From positions 3,488,001-3,552,000 of the forward strand of contig CAXXMD010000003.1 of assembly GCA_963675755.2 (NCBI GenBank): 64,000 nucleotides of DNA, given 5' to 3'. The stretch is from a bacterium. GTDB lineage: Bacteria; Zhuqueibacterota; Zhuqueibacteria; Residuimicrobiales; Krinioviventaceae. The notes beneath the pieces are model-generated. The model was not told the DNA's origin. It did not search any database and worked only from the letters and a program-made list of their open reading frames with translations. The translations under genes and the position numbers were made by a program. Shown here one piece after another: positions 40,073 to 51,244 of the stretch (the first letter of the stretch is position 1; every line of letters begins with the position of its first letter).

Positions 40073-40998
40073 ATGAAAAGTTATTACCGGATTATGCTTG
40101 GCGCTAAAAGCATGTATGCGGAAGAGTGCTTTAAAGGTGGCTTTATTGGTGCCGATTATAACATAGATATAGACTTGACAAACAAACTCCCGGATGACTG
40201 GCGTGAATTTAACAAGAAACACCGTCCTATCTGGATGAAAAAAATGGAAATAAAAGCAAAGTGGCCGCCGGTCTTGCATGCGGTATGCTGTGGACCATTG
40301 CCAGAGGGATCGATAAAGGTGATATTGTGATTTCTCCGGATGGTCAGGGAAGTTATTATGTAGGTGAAATTACAGACAACTACTCTTATCACCCAGGTGA
40401 AATATTACCTCATCGCCGATCGGTCAAGTGGTATTCCGGCAATATTAAACGAAAAGAGATGAGTACAGCCCTGCAGCATTCTACAGGATCAATCGGTACT
40501 GTCAGTAATATATCTGATTATGAAGAAGAGATTGAATCGTTGATTGGAGGACATCAACCGTCGGCCATTGTCTCGACAGATGAATCTATCGAAGATCCTT
40601 CTGTCTTTGCTCTTGAAAAACATCTGGAAGATTTTCTGGTGCAGAACTGGAAACATACCAAATTGGGAAAAGAGTATGATATCTATGAAGAAGATGGTGA
40701 ACCAGTTGGGCAGCAATACCCAACCGATACAGGTGCTATTGATATATTACCCATCAGTAAAGACAAGAAAACACTTCTTGTTGTAGAATTAAAAAAAGGC
40801 CGGGTAAGCGATATAGTTGTCGGTCAAATTCAACGGTATATGGGGTACGTAAAAGATGAGCTGGCCGAAAAATCACAAAAGGTTAAAGGTGTAATCATTG
40901 CTCTTGAAGATGATATCAAGATTAAAAGAGCATTATCCGTTACCAATAACATAGAATTTTACAGATATCAGGTGAGCTTCAAACTAATCAAGGGGTGA
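40073..40998 (+). pseudogene. NucS/DUF91-like PD-(D/E)xK endonuclease with N-terminal reader-like domain, frameshifted in an A7 run
   Basis: LEKHLEDFL, IDIL, VVELKKG, VGQIQRYMG; one extra A at 40238-40244 joins the two track ORFs. Confidence 0.78.
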
Positions 40999-41042
40999 AC
41001 AAGATTGATACTGGGTAAAACATGAAAATAATCTAAAGAAGA

Positions 41043-43076
41043 ATGATCACTTTTCTGGAATATTTAAATCAATACAACTCTGGAGATGAAAACATGACTG
41101 TGGATTCTGAGATATTAAAAAGTTTAATTACTCCTAACGGTATCACGATAGGTCAAGTATTTAGTAACAAAAAGCGGTTCTATATTGATATATATCAAAG
41201 GGATTATAAATGGGAAAAAAGTCAGGTCGAAACATTATTAAAAGATATCGAATTGCGATTTAACTTTACAGAGAGACTAGATATTGAATTGAAAAATGTT
41301 TGTGAGGATGTTATAAAGAGATTTAAACCCTATTTTTTAAACACATATTTAACTTGCAGAACTGCTAACAATGTTTCAATTATTGATGGACAACAACGTT
41401 TGACTACCTTATTAATTATTTTTATTCGTTTACAGCAATTAGTATCAGAAATACATAATAATAGAACTTATAATGTAAGAATGGTCAGTATAAAAATGCT
41501 TAATGACCTCATATTTGAAGAAGATGATTTTGGTGATCCCAAATTTTTTAAGATCTATAATGAAAATAGACAAGGTGCATTTCGGGCAATATTGAATGAA
41601 ACAAAAAACGAATACAGACCAGTTGATGAAACCCAAAAAAGGATCATTGATAACTATAATACAATTTCAAAGTATTTTAATGAATTTTTCAAATCTGATT
41701 CAGTTGAAAATGAAATAGATGTGAATAAACTAACATATTATATTTACTATCTGCTTGAAAAACTCAATATTGTAGAAATAAAAATTGAACAACAGGAAAA
41801 TGTTGCAACTATATTTGAAGTGGTAAATGATCGGGGATTAGGATTAAAATCTTATGAAATATTAAAAGGGAAATTGATCGGTAATCTTGAAAACCACAAA
41901 AAAGAAGAAGCAAATAATGTATGGACAGATTTACAAAACCAATATTATAACAGTGTCATTAAAAACAGTACTGAGAACACAATCGATTTAGATACATTTT
42001 TCAAACTTTATTTCAGAGCCAAATTTGCAGATAGTGAAGCAGACTATAAAAAATTTGAAGACAAGTATCATTATGAAATTTATCAAAATAATAAAATATT
42101 GAACTATTTTAACAGATTTGAAGATAACGAATCACTTTATAGTTGGGTAATGAATGAATTTAAATATTTTGCTGAATTGCATTTAAGAATAAGAACAACT
42201 TATGAAAACGAATATCTGATTTATAATAAATTACTTGACCAAAATCAACAGTACCTATTATTATTATCAGCGATCAAGATGAATGATCCTCATGAAAAAG
42301 AAAAAATTAATTTTATTTCCCAAAAATTTGATCAATTTCATACTGTAATTCGATTACTCGATATTTATGAAAGCAATTCTTTCCAAGATTTTATTTACAA
42401 ATTAAATCGTCAAATTAGAAACCAATCAATTGAGAAAATTGAAAAGATTTTTGACCATCTACTTATTGAATATCTCGAACAAGAAAATATCATTGTTCAA
42501 GATACTTATAATACAATTTCAGAATTATTTAAATGGGAGTTATTACAAAATGTTAGACATCGATGGTTAAATTTTTCAAAGTACGTCTTGATGCGAATTG
42601 ATAGATATCTTGGAGAAACACTGGACAAACCTTCATATTGTTTAGAATCTCTTGAAAAGTTGGAAGATCGTTTCAATAAAAATAAACGAAAAATATATGG
42701 AATGCATCTGGAACACATTTATGCTTATAATGAAAAAAATATTGATATTTTTAAAGATGATAAAAATATTTTTGATGAAACTGGATTCAATACTGTCAGG
42801 AATATGTTGGGTATGGTATTATTGTTAAAAGATTCTCAAAACATAAGCAGCAATAATGATATCTATAAATATAAAATGGAAGATTACGCAACAAGCAATA
42901 TCATATGGAATGAACTACTTGTAGGTCATTTTGATTCGGTGGATATAAAACATTTACCGAAAAATCTTAATATTACAAAAATTGATCCAAATGATAACGG
43001 TGTCTTTCCTAAAAACATGGTTGAAACAAGACAAAAAGAATTAGTGGAAATGATAAAACTTATATGGGGTTTCTAA
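41043..43076 (+). CDS. GmrSD-like type IV restriction protein (DUF262 + DUF1524-like HNH)
   Basis: YQRDYKW, IIDGQQRLTT, IFEVVNDRGL.L, HLEHI..LGM.LLL..N. Confidence 0.85.
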   Translation: MITFLEYLNQYNSGDENMTVDSEILKSLITPNGITIGQVFSNKKRFYIDIYQRDYKWEKSQVETLLKDIELRFNFTERLDIELKNVCEDVIKRFKPYFLNTYLTCRTANNVSIIDGQQRLTTLLIIFIRLQQLVSEIHNNRTYNVRMVSIKMLNDLIFEEDDFGDPKFFKIYNENRQGAFRAILNETKNEYRPVDETQKRIIDNYNTISKYFNEFFKSDSVENEIDVNKLTYYIYYLLEKLNIVEIKIEQQENVATIFEVVNDRGLGLKSYEILKGKLIGNLENHKKEEANNVWTDLQNQYYNSVIKNSTENTIDLDTFFKLYFRAKFADSEADYKKFEDKYHYEIYQNNKILNYFNRFEDNESLYSWVMNEFKYFAELHLRIRTTYENEYLIYNKLLDQNQQYLLLLSAIKMNDPHEKEKINFISQKFDQFHTVIRLLDIYESNSFQDFIYKLNRQIRNQSIEKIEKIFDHLLIEYLEQENIIVQDTYNTISELFKWELLQNVRHRWLNFSKYVLMRIDRYLGETLDKPSYCLESLEKLEDRFNKNKRKIYGMHLEHIYAYNEKNIDIFKDDKNIFDETGFNTVRNMLGMVLLLKDSQNISSNNDIYKYKMEDYATSNIIWNELLVGHFDSVDIKHLPKNLNITKIDPNDNGVFPKNMVETRQKELVEMIKLIWGF

Positions 43077-43090
43077 TTTAGAGGGGTCTT

Positions 43091-46000
43091 ATGGTTGGTC
43101 AAATTGAGCGAGTTACTCAGAACCGTGTTATCGAATTATTTGTATCTGAATTGGGGTTTACCTATCTCGGTAACTGGGAAGAACGTCTAAACAACAGCAA
43201 CATCGAACAAGAACATTTAACAAAATATCTTCAAAAAACAGGTTACAGTCAAAACCTCATCAACAGGGCTATACAAATACTCCGCTCAACTGCCAATGAC
43301 TATCAAAAAGATTTATACCACAAAAACAAAAATGTATATAAATTGCTGCGTTACGGTGTCCAGGTCAAGGAAGAGTTGGGTGACAAATACCAGACTGTTG
43401 AACTCATTAACTGGCAGAATCCTGAAAAAAATGATTTTGGCATCGCTGAAGAAGTATCAATTAGTGGAGTAAACAATAAAAGACCTGATCTGGTTTTGTA
43501 TATCAATGGCATTGCGATAGGAGTCATTGAACTCAAACGCAGTACTGTATCCATAGGTGATGGCATCCGGCAGAACATTGCCAATCAGCAAAAAGAGTTT
43601 ATCGAACCATTTTTTACTACCATCCAGTTTATTTTTGCCGGAAATGATACAGAAGGTTTACGATATGGTGCAATTGGTACCCCTGAAAAATATTACCTGA
43701 AATGGAAAGAGGATGTTGAAGATAATACTCGTCTACAACTTGACAAATACCTGCTCAAGATGTGCAACAAAGAGCGTATTATAGAATTGATGTATGACTA
43801 TGTTCTGTTTGACGGTGGTAAGAAAAAGCTCCCCCGCCATCACCAATATTTCGGCATTAAAGCCGCACAGGATCACATCAAACGCTATGAAGGTGGTATT
43901 ATCTGGCACACACAAGGAAGTGGTAAAAGTATCGTTATGGTACTCCTTGCCAGATGGATACTGGAGAATAATCCCAACGCTCGAGTTGCTATTATTACTG
44001 ATCGTGATGAACTCGACAAACAAATCGAACGGGTTTTTAATGACGCAGGTGAGCCCATCAAACGTACTTCAAGCGGTAGGGATTTGATGACCCAGTTAGC
44101 CCAGGCAACCCCGCGATTGTTATGTTCCCTGGTACATAAATTTGGAAAAAGAGATGTAGATAATTTTGAAAAATTCATCAAAGAGTTAGAAAGCCAACCA
44201 TCAAACGCTGTGGGTGAATTGTTTGTTTTTGTTGATGAATGTCACCGTACCCAAAGCGGCAAACTGCACCGCACCATGAAAGCAATGCTGCCCAATGCAG
44301 TGTTTATAGGTTTTACGGGGACCCCCCTTTTGAAACAAGATAAACAAACCAGCCTGGAAGTATTTGGTAAATATATCCACACCTATAAATTCAATGAAGC
44401 GGTTGAAGACGAGGTTGTGCTGGATTTAATATATGAAGCTCGGGATATAGATCAGGCAATAAGCTCCCCTGATCGAATAGATGAATGGTTCGATGTCAAA
44501 ACCCGCGGCTTGAATGATTTTCAAAAAGCAGAACTTCGTAAAAAATGGGGCACCATGCAAAGAGTACTCAGCTCACGCTCCCGTATGGAAAAAATCGTTG
44601 CTGATGTGATATTTGATTTTAGTGTCAAACCCCGCCTCAATTCAGAACGTGGTAATGTTATACTGGTTACTTCCAGTATTTATCAGGCTTGTAGATATTT
44701 TGAGCTCTTTCAACAGACAGAACTCAGAGATAAATGTGCGGTTGTTACCTCCTATAATCCGAATACTCGTGATATTACCAAAGAAGATACCGGCGAAAAT
44801 ACGGAAACAGAAAAAGAACATATTTATAATGTTTATAAAGAGTTACTTGAAAATGTGACAACTAGACCCGGTAAATCTGAAACTGAAACCTATGAAGACC
44901 TGGTTAAACAAAAGTTTGTTGATGAACCTGCCCAGATGAGATTACTGATCGTTGTAGATAAACTATTAACAGGTTTTGATGCTCCCAGCTGCACCTACCT
45001 GTATATTGATAAATCTATGCAGGACCATGGCCTCTTTCAGGCAATCTGTCGTGTAAACCGTCTCGATACTGATGACAAGCAATTCGGTTTTATAGTAGAT
45101 TATAAAGACCTGTTCCGTCAGGTGGAAAACGCCGTCGCAGTTTATACTTCAGAACTCGATTACGATGAATTTGACAAAGAAGACTGTGATATCATGTTAC
45201 AAGACAGGCTGACTGCAGGCCGTGAACGTCTTGAAAATGCCATTGAAGCCCTTGAACTGGTATGTGAACCGGTTGAGAATCCCAAAGGCACACTTGAACA
45301 TATACATTATTTTTGCGGTAATCCTGAAATTCCGGAGGATCTAAAAGCCCGTGAAGTATTTCGCAATGCCTTATATAAAGGCACTGTTTCATTTATAAGG
45401 GCCTATGCAAATATCGCCGACGAAATGGAGCCAGCTGGTTTCTCCACACAACAAATTGAAGAAATTAAACAACGGTTAGACCACTATTTAAAACTCCGAG
45501 AAGAGATAAAAAGAGCCAGCGGTGAGACCCTGGATGTTAAAGCCTATGAAGCGGATATGCGATATTTGATTGATAATTACATACAAGCTAAAGACCCCAG
45601 AAAAATATCGGATTTTGGAGATTTATCACTTGTCGAGCTGATTGTAAATAGTGGAATTGCAGAAGCCTTAAATAGCTTACCCGATGGCATCCGGAGTAAT
45701 CAGGAAGCAGTTGCGGAAACCATTGAGAATAATGTTCGAAGTAAGATTATAAAAGAACATCTGATTGATCCTGCCTTTTTTGAAGAAATGTCAAGACTAT
45801 TAGACAGTATTATCAAAGAAAGGCTTACCAACGCAATAAACTATCAGGAATATCTTAAAAAGATTGCCACATTAATCAAGCTTGTTCATGAAGGAAAGAG
45901 TGATGATGTACCTGAAATTTTGGACACTCCTGCCAAAAGAGCATTATATAATAACCTGAACAATGATGAGGAACTGGCTATAAAAATTGATAAAGCAATC

Positions 46001-46138
46001 TGGGCTGTTAAAAAAGCAGATTTCCGTGGTAACAATCAAAAGGAAAATGAAATAAAAGGTGCTATTTACGAAATATTGAATGATGAAAGCGAAGTAGAAC
46101 GCATTTTTGCAATTGTGAAACAGCAACATGAATACTAG
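43091..46138 (+). CDS. hsdR: Type I RM restriction subunit
   Basis: RPDLVLYINGI..IELK, WHTQGSGKS, DECHR, GFTGTP, LLTGFDAP, QAICRVNR. Confidence 0.95.
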   Translation: MVGQIERVTQNRVIELFVSELGFTYLGNWEERLNNSNIEQEHLTKYLQKTGYSQNLINRAIQILRSTANDYQKDLYHKNKNVYKLLRYGVQVKEELGDKYQTVELINWQNPEKNDFGIAEEVSISGVNNKRPDLVLYINGIAIGVIELKRSTVSIGDGIRQNIANQQKEFIEPFFTTIQFIFAGNDTEGLRYGAIGTPEKYYLKWKEDVEDNTRLQLDKYLLKMCNKERIIELMYDYVLFDGGKKKLPRHHQYFGIKAAQDHIKRYEGGIIWHTQGSGKSIVMVLLARWILENNPNARVAIITDRDELDKQIERVFNDAGEPIKRTSSGRDLMTQLAQATPRLLCSLVHKFGKRDVDNFEKFIKELESQPSNAVGELFVFVDECHRTQSGKLHRTMKAMLPNAVFIGFTGTPLLKQDKQTSLEVFGKYIHTYKFNEAVEDEVVLDLIYEARDIDQAISSPDRIDEWFDVKTRGLNDFQKAELRKKWGTMQRVLSSRSRMEKIVADVIFDFSVKPRLNSERGNVILVTSSIYQACRYFELFQQTELRDKCAVVTSYNPNTRDITKEDTGENTETEKEHIYNVYKELLENVTTRPGKSETETYEDLVKQKFVDEPAQMRLLIVVDKLLTGFDAPSCTYLYIDKSMQDHGLFQAICRVNRLDTDDKQFGFIVDYKDLFRQVENAVAVYTSELDYDEFDKEDCDIMLQDRLTAGRERLENAIEALELVCEPVENPKGTLEHIHYFCGNPEIPEDLKAREVFRNALYKGTVSFIRAYANIADEMEPAGFSTQQIEEIKQRLDHYLKLREEIKRASGETLDVKAYEADMRYLIDNYIQAKDPRKISDFGDLSLVELIVNSGIAEALNSLPDGIRSNQEAVAETIENNVRSKIIKEHLIDPAFFEEMSRLLDSIIKERLTNAINYQEYLKKIATLIKLVHEGKSDDVPEILDTPAKRALYNNLNNDEELAIKIDKAIWAVKKADFRGNNQKENEIKGAIYEILNDESEVERIFAIVKQQHEY

Positions 46139-46853
46139 TATTCAAAAAATACAATTAGGTGAAATCACAATAGATGTGACACATAAAGATGTTAAGAACA
46201 TCCATCTGAGTGTATACCCGCCTGTCGGCAAGGTTCGAATAACAGCACCTATGCACATGGAACTTGATACCATTCGAATATATGCCATCTCCAAACTTGG
46301 ATGGATCAAAAAGCAGCAGGAAAAGATACGCAATCAGGAACGTGAAGCTCCCAGAGAATTCCTGAATCGGGAAAGTCATTATTTTAATGGCAAGCGGTAT
46401 TTATTAAGAATTGAATATGTTGATACAACGCCAAAAGTAGAGCTGCAACATGAAACAATGGTCTTACATGTTCGTCCAGGAGCAACAATTGAAAAAATGC
46501 AGAGCGTTCTCGATGAATGGTATCGCCATCATTTGAAAGAAAAAATCGTAGATTTAATCGACCACTGGGAGAAAATCATCCCTGTTAAAGTAAACGAGTT
46601 TGGTGTTAAAAAAATGAAAACCAAATGGGGTACCTGTAACACGGAAGCAAAACGAATCTGGTTAAATCTCGAACTCGCCAAGAAACCACCGGAATGCCTT
46701 GAGTACATAATAGTACATGAAATGATCCATCTCCTCGAACGACGACACAACCAGCGATTCATCAGGCTAATGAACGAGTACATGCCCAAATGGCGCTTTT
46801 ACCGGGATGAACTCAACAGACTCCCAGTTAGACATGAAGATTGGAAGTATTGA
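46128..46853 (+). CDS. YgjP/DUF45 SprT-like metallopeptidase
   Basis: MKTKWGTC, EYIIVHEMIHLLE.H; typical position after hsdR. Confidence 0.9.
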   Translation: MNTSIQKIQLGEITIDVTHKDVKNIHLSVYPPVGKVRITAPMHMELDTIRIYAISKLGWIKKQQEKIRNQEREAPREFLNRESHYFNGKRYLLRIEYVDTTPKVELQHETMVLHVRPGATIEKMQSVLDEWYRHHLKEKIVDLIDHWEKIIPVKVNEFGVKKMKTKWGTCNTEAKRIWLNLELAKKPPECLEYIIVHEMIHLLERRHNQRFIRLMNEYMPKWRFYRDELNRLPVRHEDWKY

Positions 46854-46870
46854 AAAATATGGAGGGAAAA

Positions 46871-47104
46871 ATGAACTTGAGTATTTTGAATAACATTCTT
46901 AGCCCACAAAACGGTGTGGCAATAATGGGGATTGTTGCAGTATGGAGTACTACAAAATTTGAATCTTCCGCATTTAAATACTGGTTACTAGTTTTTGCAC
47001 TTATTTGTGCAGCTGGTGCTATTGTCGGAGATATTCTTCATCAAAATATAAATAATTCTAATACTAAAAAAGCTATACCCGATCAAAAAAACAAGGGATC
47101 ATGA
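46871..47104 (+). CDS. Small two-TM membrane protein
   Basis: GGAGG RBS; two hydrophobic segments; ATGA coupling to next gene. Confidence 0.65.
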   Translation: MNLSILNNILSPQNGVAIMGIVAVWSTTKFESSAFKYWLLVFALICAAGAIVGDILHQNINNSNTKKAIPDQKNKGS

Positions 47105-48558
47105 TGGCAAATCCAGAACATATTGCAAAAATACAACAAGGCGCCAGAGAATGGAACCGTTGGGTTGAAACACAAGGGGAAGATTTTATTGCTGATCTTG
47201 AAGATGGTCAATTGAGCGGATTAAATCTAAAAGACATAAACCTTAAAAAGGCAAACCTGCAAGGTGCAAACCTAAAGGGTTCAATACTCGATGGGGCAAA
47301 TTTACAATATGCATCATTACAAAATGCAAATTTGGATGATGTTAACTTGAAGCACTCTAATCTTGAACGAGCAAATTTGATTAATGCATCATTAGAAAAC
47401 ACGAAAATTCATAGTTCGACTTTGGATTATGCTGATGTTAGTGAAGCAAATCTTAAAAGTGTTGAAATACCTAATGCAAGTATAAAATTTGCAATTTTTA
47501 AAAATTCAGATTTATCAAAATCTCAAATATATAATTCCAATTGTTCTAACACAAATTTTGAAAAAGCCAAATTCCAAAATTCTAATTTAAAAGATTCAAT
47601 CTTTGAAAAATCAAATTTACAGTATACGAATCTCAACAATACTCAGTCAACAAATTCCAACTTTTCCAATTCAAATCTAAATGGAGCAAATCTATCTCAT
47701 TCAAATTTTGAAGGAGCAAAACTACATGGCGCAATTCTGAGTAATACTACTATGAAAGATACAATTTTTACAGGTTGTGATTTGATAAATACTAATTTTG
47801 ATAGTGCAAAACTATCGAATATTAATTTAAATCATGCATTTTTAGGAAAAGCTAATCTACATAGATCAGATTTGGATGGAGTAAAATGTAATCCAACTGA
47901 TTTCGCAGGAACAAATTTTACAAAAGCAGAAATATCATATTCTGATTTTAGTGAATCAATATTTTCAGAAGCTATATTTGATCAAACAGATTTTAGTAAC
48001 ACAAATTTTACAATGACTACATTTGACAGGTGCTATTTTCATAAAAATAAATTTGAAAATATAAAATTTTCTGAGAATCTACATCCAATTTTAAATGATG
48101 GTTCTGAAACATCCCAATATCATTGGAGAGATAAATATTTGAATTGGGCGCGTTTGAGAGCTATCGGTGCATTCCCTTTATTTGGTGTTTCCTGGAGTAC
48201 TTTAGCCTTTTCATTATTATATTTATACTATATTGATTTATTGAACCATTCACAATATATACAATTCATTCATTATCCAATTCCCACACCTGAACGAATG
48301 GTTTGGGTATTAAGGTCAAGCTTATTACTTGTTATTGGTAGTACACTATATAAAATTATTTGTCCTGCAAGAGTACAAGAGTTTTCAGAAACCCTATGGG
48401 TAGAACAACATAGTCATGCTCGTCTTTTATATATTGCAGAAAAACTAAAAAGACGATTTTGGCAATGGCCAACATTGATAACTACTATTCTAGGTGGTGG
48501 AATAGCTATATGGTTAGTCGCTGAAAGATTGTGGCAATTAATTGATTATATCTTTTAG
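47101..48558 (+). CDS. Pentapeptide-repeat protein with three C-terminal TM helices
   Basis: MANPEH..WNRW start, ~290 aa of ANL/SNL repeats, hydrophobic C-terminus. Confidence 0.88.
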   Translation: MMANPEHIAKIQQGAREWNRWVETQGEDFIADLEDGQLSGLNLKDINLKKANLQGANLKGSILDGANLQYASLQNANLDDVNLKHSNLERANLINASLENTKIHSSTLDYADVSEANLKSVEIPNASIKFAIFKNSDLSKSQIYNSNCSNTNFEKAKFQNSNLKDSIFEKSNLQYTNLNNTQSTNSNFSNSNLNGANLSHSNFEGAKLHGAILSNTTMKDTIFTGCDLINTNFDSAKLSNINLNHAFLGKANLHRSDLDGVKCNPTDFAGTNFTKAEISYSDFSESIFSEAIFDQTDFSNTNFTMTTFDRCYFHKNKFENIKFSENLHPILNDGSETSQYHWRDKYLNWARLRAIGAFPLFGVSWSTLAFSLLYLYYIDLLNHSQYIQFIHYPIPTPERMVWVLRSSLLLVIGSTLYKIICPARVQEFSETLWVEQHSHARLLYIAEKLKRRFWQWPTLITTILGGGIAIWLVAERLWQLIDYIF

Positions 48559-48593
48559 TTAAATACTATTTGAAAAACTAAGGGAATAAAAAA

Positions 48594-49379
48594 ATGAGTA
48601 TTGGAACATTTCCTTTCGGTCAACCAATCGAACCTGTTATTCAAACTGACAGAACACCTAAAAAAGTATTTGTTCTCGGAGTGTATGCAAGTGCTGTCCA
48701 TGCACGCTGGATCGGTCCTGACGGTAAAATAAGAATCCGTGCGGTCGCTGTCAAGAGTGAACCTTACATCTTTTGGCGGGGTGAAAATGCTGCCGAGTTA
48801 ATTAAATCAATCGAGGTTCCACAAGGGGCAGGTCATCTTGAACCTGCGGGTGATCAGTTTAACGGTCCATCCGGGAATACTTTAGATAGCCAAATACTGA
48901 AACCACTCGGGCTTGATAGATCTGATACCTGGTTGTGTGATTTGGTCCCTCATAGTTGCATGAATCCAAACCAGGAGAAAGCTTTAAAAGAAAAGTATGA
49001 TACCAGAGTTGAAGAATGGAATCTACCCCAATACAATTGGCCTCCTGTTCCCAAGGTGCTTGCTGATGAAAAGCGAGTGAATGAAATAGTTGATGAACTG
49101 AAGGAATCAAAAGCAGAAATACTTATTTCATTAGGGGATCAACCTATCAAATGGTTCCTTTCACACTATACAAAAAAGTGGTTAAAGTTGGATGACTTTG
49201 GCACCGATAATAACTTATATGGGAAATTTCATGATGTAAATATCAAGAGAATGGATATAAAAGTTTTGCCATTAGCTCATCCCCGTCAAATAGGCAAGCT
49301 GGGGATGCATTCTCCAAAGTGGTATCAGTTGCATGAGGAGTGGATTGGAAAAATAAAATATTTTTTAAAGTTTCGTTGA
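48594..49379 (+). CDS. Uracil-DNA glycosylase superfamily protein
   Basis: VFVLG, GPSG..L, WLCDLV, LISLG, LPLAHP. Confidence 0.7.
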   Translation: MSIGTFPFGQPIEPVIQTDRTPKKVFVLGVYASAVHARWIGPDGKIRIRAVAVKSEPYIFWRGENAAELIKSIEVPQGAGHLEPAGDQFNGPSGNTLDSQILKPLGLDRSDTWLCDLVPHSCMNPNQEKALKEKYDTRVEEWNLPQYNWPPVPKVLADEKRVNEIVDELKESKAEILISLGDQPIKWFLSHYTKKWLKLDDFGTDNNLYGKFHDVNIKRMDIKVLPLAHPRQIGKLGMHSPKWYQLHEEWIGKIKYFLKFR

Positions 49380-49429
49380 TTAATCTAACTATTAATATTA
49401 CCAGATTAATAATCTGAAAAGGGGTAGTC

Positions 49430-51235
49430 ATGAAATTAGTAAAAATGAAAATTAAAAATTTCCGTTGTTATAAAGATGAAATTACAATTGATTTTTCAAA
49501 TATTACAGCACTTATTGGAAAGAACGATATTGGGAAATCAACAATTTTAGAAGCTTTAGAAATATACTTCAATAATTCACTAGTAGTATGTGAGAAAGAA
49601 GATCTAAATATAAATGCAGAAAACAATGATATTGAAATTTCATGTATTTTTTCTGATTATCCAACCGAAATAATTATTGATAGCACAACACCGACAAATT
49701 TATCGAATGAATACTTATTAAATGAAGAAGATTTTCTTGAAATTAAAAAAGTATTCACAGCAACAATCTCCAAGCCAAAAGAAAAGATATATATTAATTG
49801 TATTCATCCATCTATAAATAATGGTAATGACTTACTTACACTTAAACAAGTTGATCTCCGAACTAGAGCTACTCAGCTAGAAATCCCTCAAGAAAATTAT
49901 AATGCTAATATTAATTTGTCGATGAGGCAAGCTATATGGGAAAGTTTTTCTGATTTACATTTAAAACAAACTCAATTATTAGTCGATAAAGAAGATACTA
50001 AAAAAGTTTATGAATCCTTAAAATATTATTTACCATTATTCGCTTTATTTCAATCTGATCGTTCAAGTAAAGATGACGATAAAGAAGTGACTGATCCGAT
50101 GAAAATCGCAGTACAACAAGCATTACAAGAGTTAAATGAAGAATTAGAAAATATTAAAACTCAAGTAAAAAATAAAGCAATAGATACGGCAAATAGAACA
50201 TTGTCGAAACTTCAGGAGATGTCACCAGAAATTGCAAGTGAATTGATTCCTGATTTTCGTACAGAACCCAAATTCGATAGTCAATTCAAGCTAAATATTA
50301 AATCTGAAAATGATATCTCCATAAATAAGCGTGGTAGTGGAATCAGGCGGTTGATTTTATTAAATTTTTTTCGAGCTGAGGCTGAAAGAAAATCTTCCGA
50401 GAATCAAAACTCCAATATTATATACGCATTTGAAGAACCTGAAACATCACAACATCCAGATCATCAGGAAATGTTACTAAAATCATTTATAGAATTAGCT
50501 AATGCAGGCAATACACAAATAATACTAACAACCCATACCCCAGCAATCGCTGGTCTCTTACCTTTAGAAAGTTTAAGGTTTTTAGATGTAGATGGTACAA
50601 ATCGGATTGTGGAAATTGGATCAGAAGAAGTATTTAAAAAAATTGTCGACACACTTGGTGTAATTCCAGAACCATTTTCAAGTAACACAAAAGCCTTGCT
50701 ATTAGTAGAAGGAAAAGGCGATGTAATTTTTGTTAAACATATGGCTACCCAATTAAAGAATGCAGGTTATATTTCACATGATTTCGAAGAAAAAGGATTT
50801 GCGATAATTCCAATTGGGGGTTGTGGAAATTTAAAATATTGGTCAACTCTCAAATTAGCATCTCAATTTAATGTGCCGTGGTGTATTCTCATTGACTCTG
50901 ATAAAGGTACAAATGAAGAAACAAAAAATATTTCTTCAATTCACAATTTGAGAAATGACGGAATAAAAGCATATTGCACAAGAAAACGAGAACCAGAGAA
51001 TTATATACACTATAATTGCTTTGGCTTGCCTGTAGGAACAATAGTATATAATGAAACTGATGATGCGAAAAAAATAATTAATTCAATCACAAGAACTAGA
51101 TCAAGTGATATTCTTGACATCTTTTGGCCTTTAATGACTATAGAGCAGATACGTGAAGTTGAAGAATATTCAGAAAATGGGGATACTCATTATGAGTTTA
51201 CTGAAATGTTTACTGATTTTTTATCTCTTGTTTAG
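49430..51235 (+). CDS. OLD-family ATP-dependent nuclease (ABC ATPase + TOPRIM)
   Basis: IKNFRCY, GKNDIGKST, RGSGIRR, FEEPE.SQHP, TTH, LVEGKGD, IDSD. Confidence 0.9.
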   Translation: MKLVKMKIKNFRCYKDEITIDFSNITALIGKNDIGKSTILEALEIYFNNSLVVCEKEDLNINAENNDIEISCIFSDYPTEIIIDSTTPTNLSNEYLLNEEDFLEIKKVFTATISKPKEKIYINCIHPSINNGNDLLTLKQVDLRTRATQLEIPQENYNANINLSMRQAIWESFSDLHLKQTQLLVDKEDTKKVYESLKYYLPLFALFQSDRSSKDDDKEVTDPMKIAVQQALQELNEELENIKTQVKNKAIDTANRTLSKLQEMSPEIASELIPDFRTEPKFDSQFKLNIKSENDISINKRGSGIRRLILLNFFRAEAERKSSENQNSNIIYAFEEPETSQHPDHQEMLLKSFIELANAGNTQIILTTHTPAIAGLLPLESLRFLDVDGTNRIVEIGSEEVFKKIVDTLGVIPEPFSSNTKALLLVEGKGDVIFVKHMATQLKNAGYISHDFEEKGFAIIPIGGCGNLKYWSTLKLASQFNVPWCILIDSDKGTNEETKNISSIHNLRNDGIKAYCTRKREPENYIHYNCFGLPVGTIVYNETDDAKKIINSITRTRSSDILDIFWPLMTIEQIREVEEYSENGDTHYEFTEMFTDFLSLV

Positions 51236-51244
51236 TGTGATATT

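Noticed and set aside
49430-51235. Gabija or retron system
   Set aside because: No UvrD-like GajB and no reverse transcriptase nearby.
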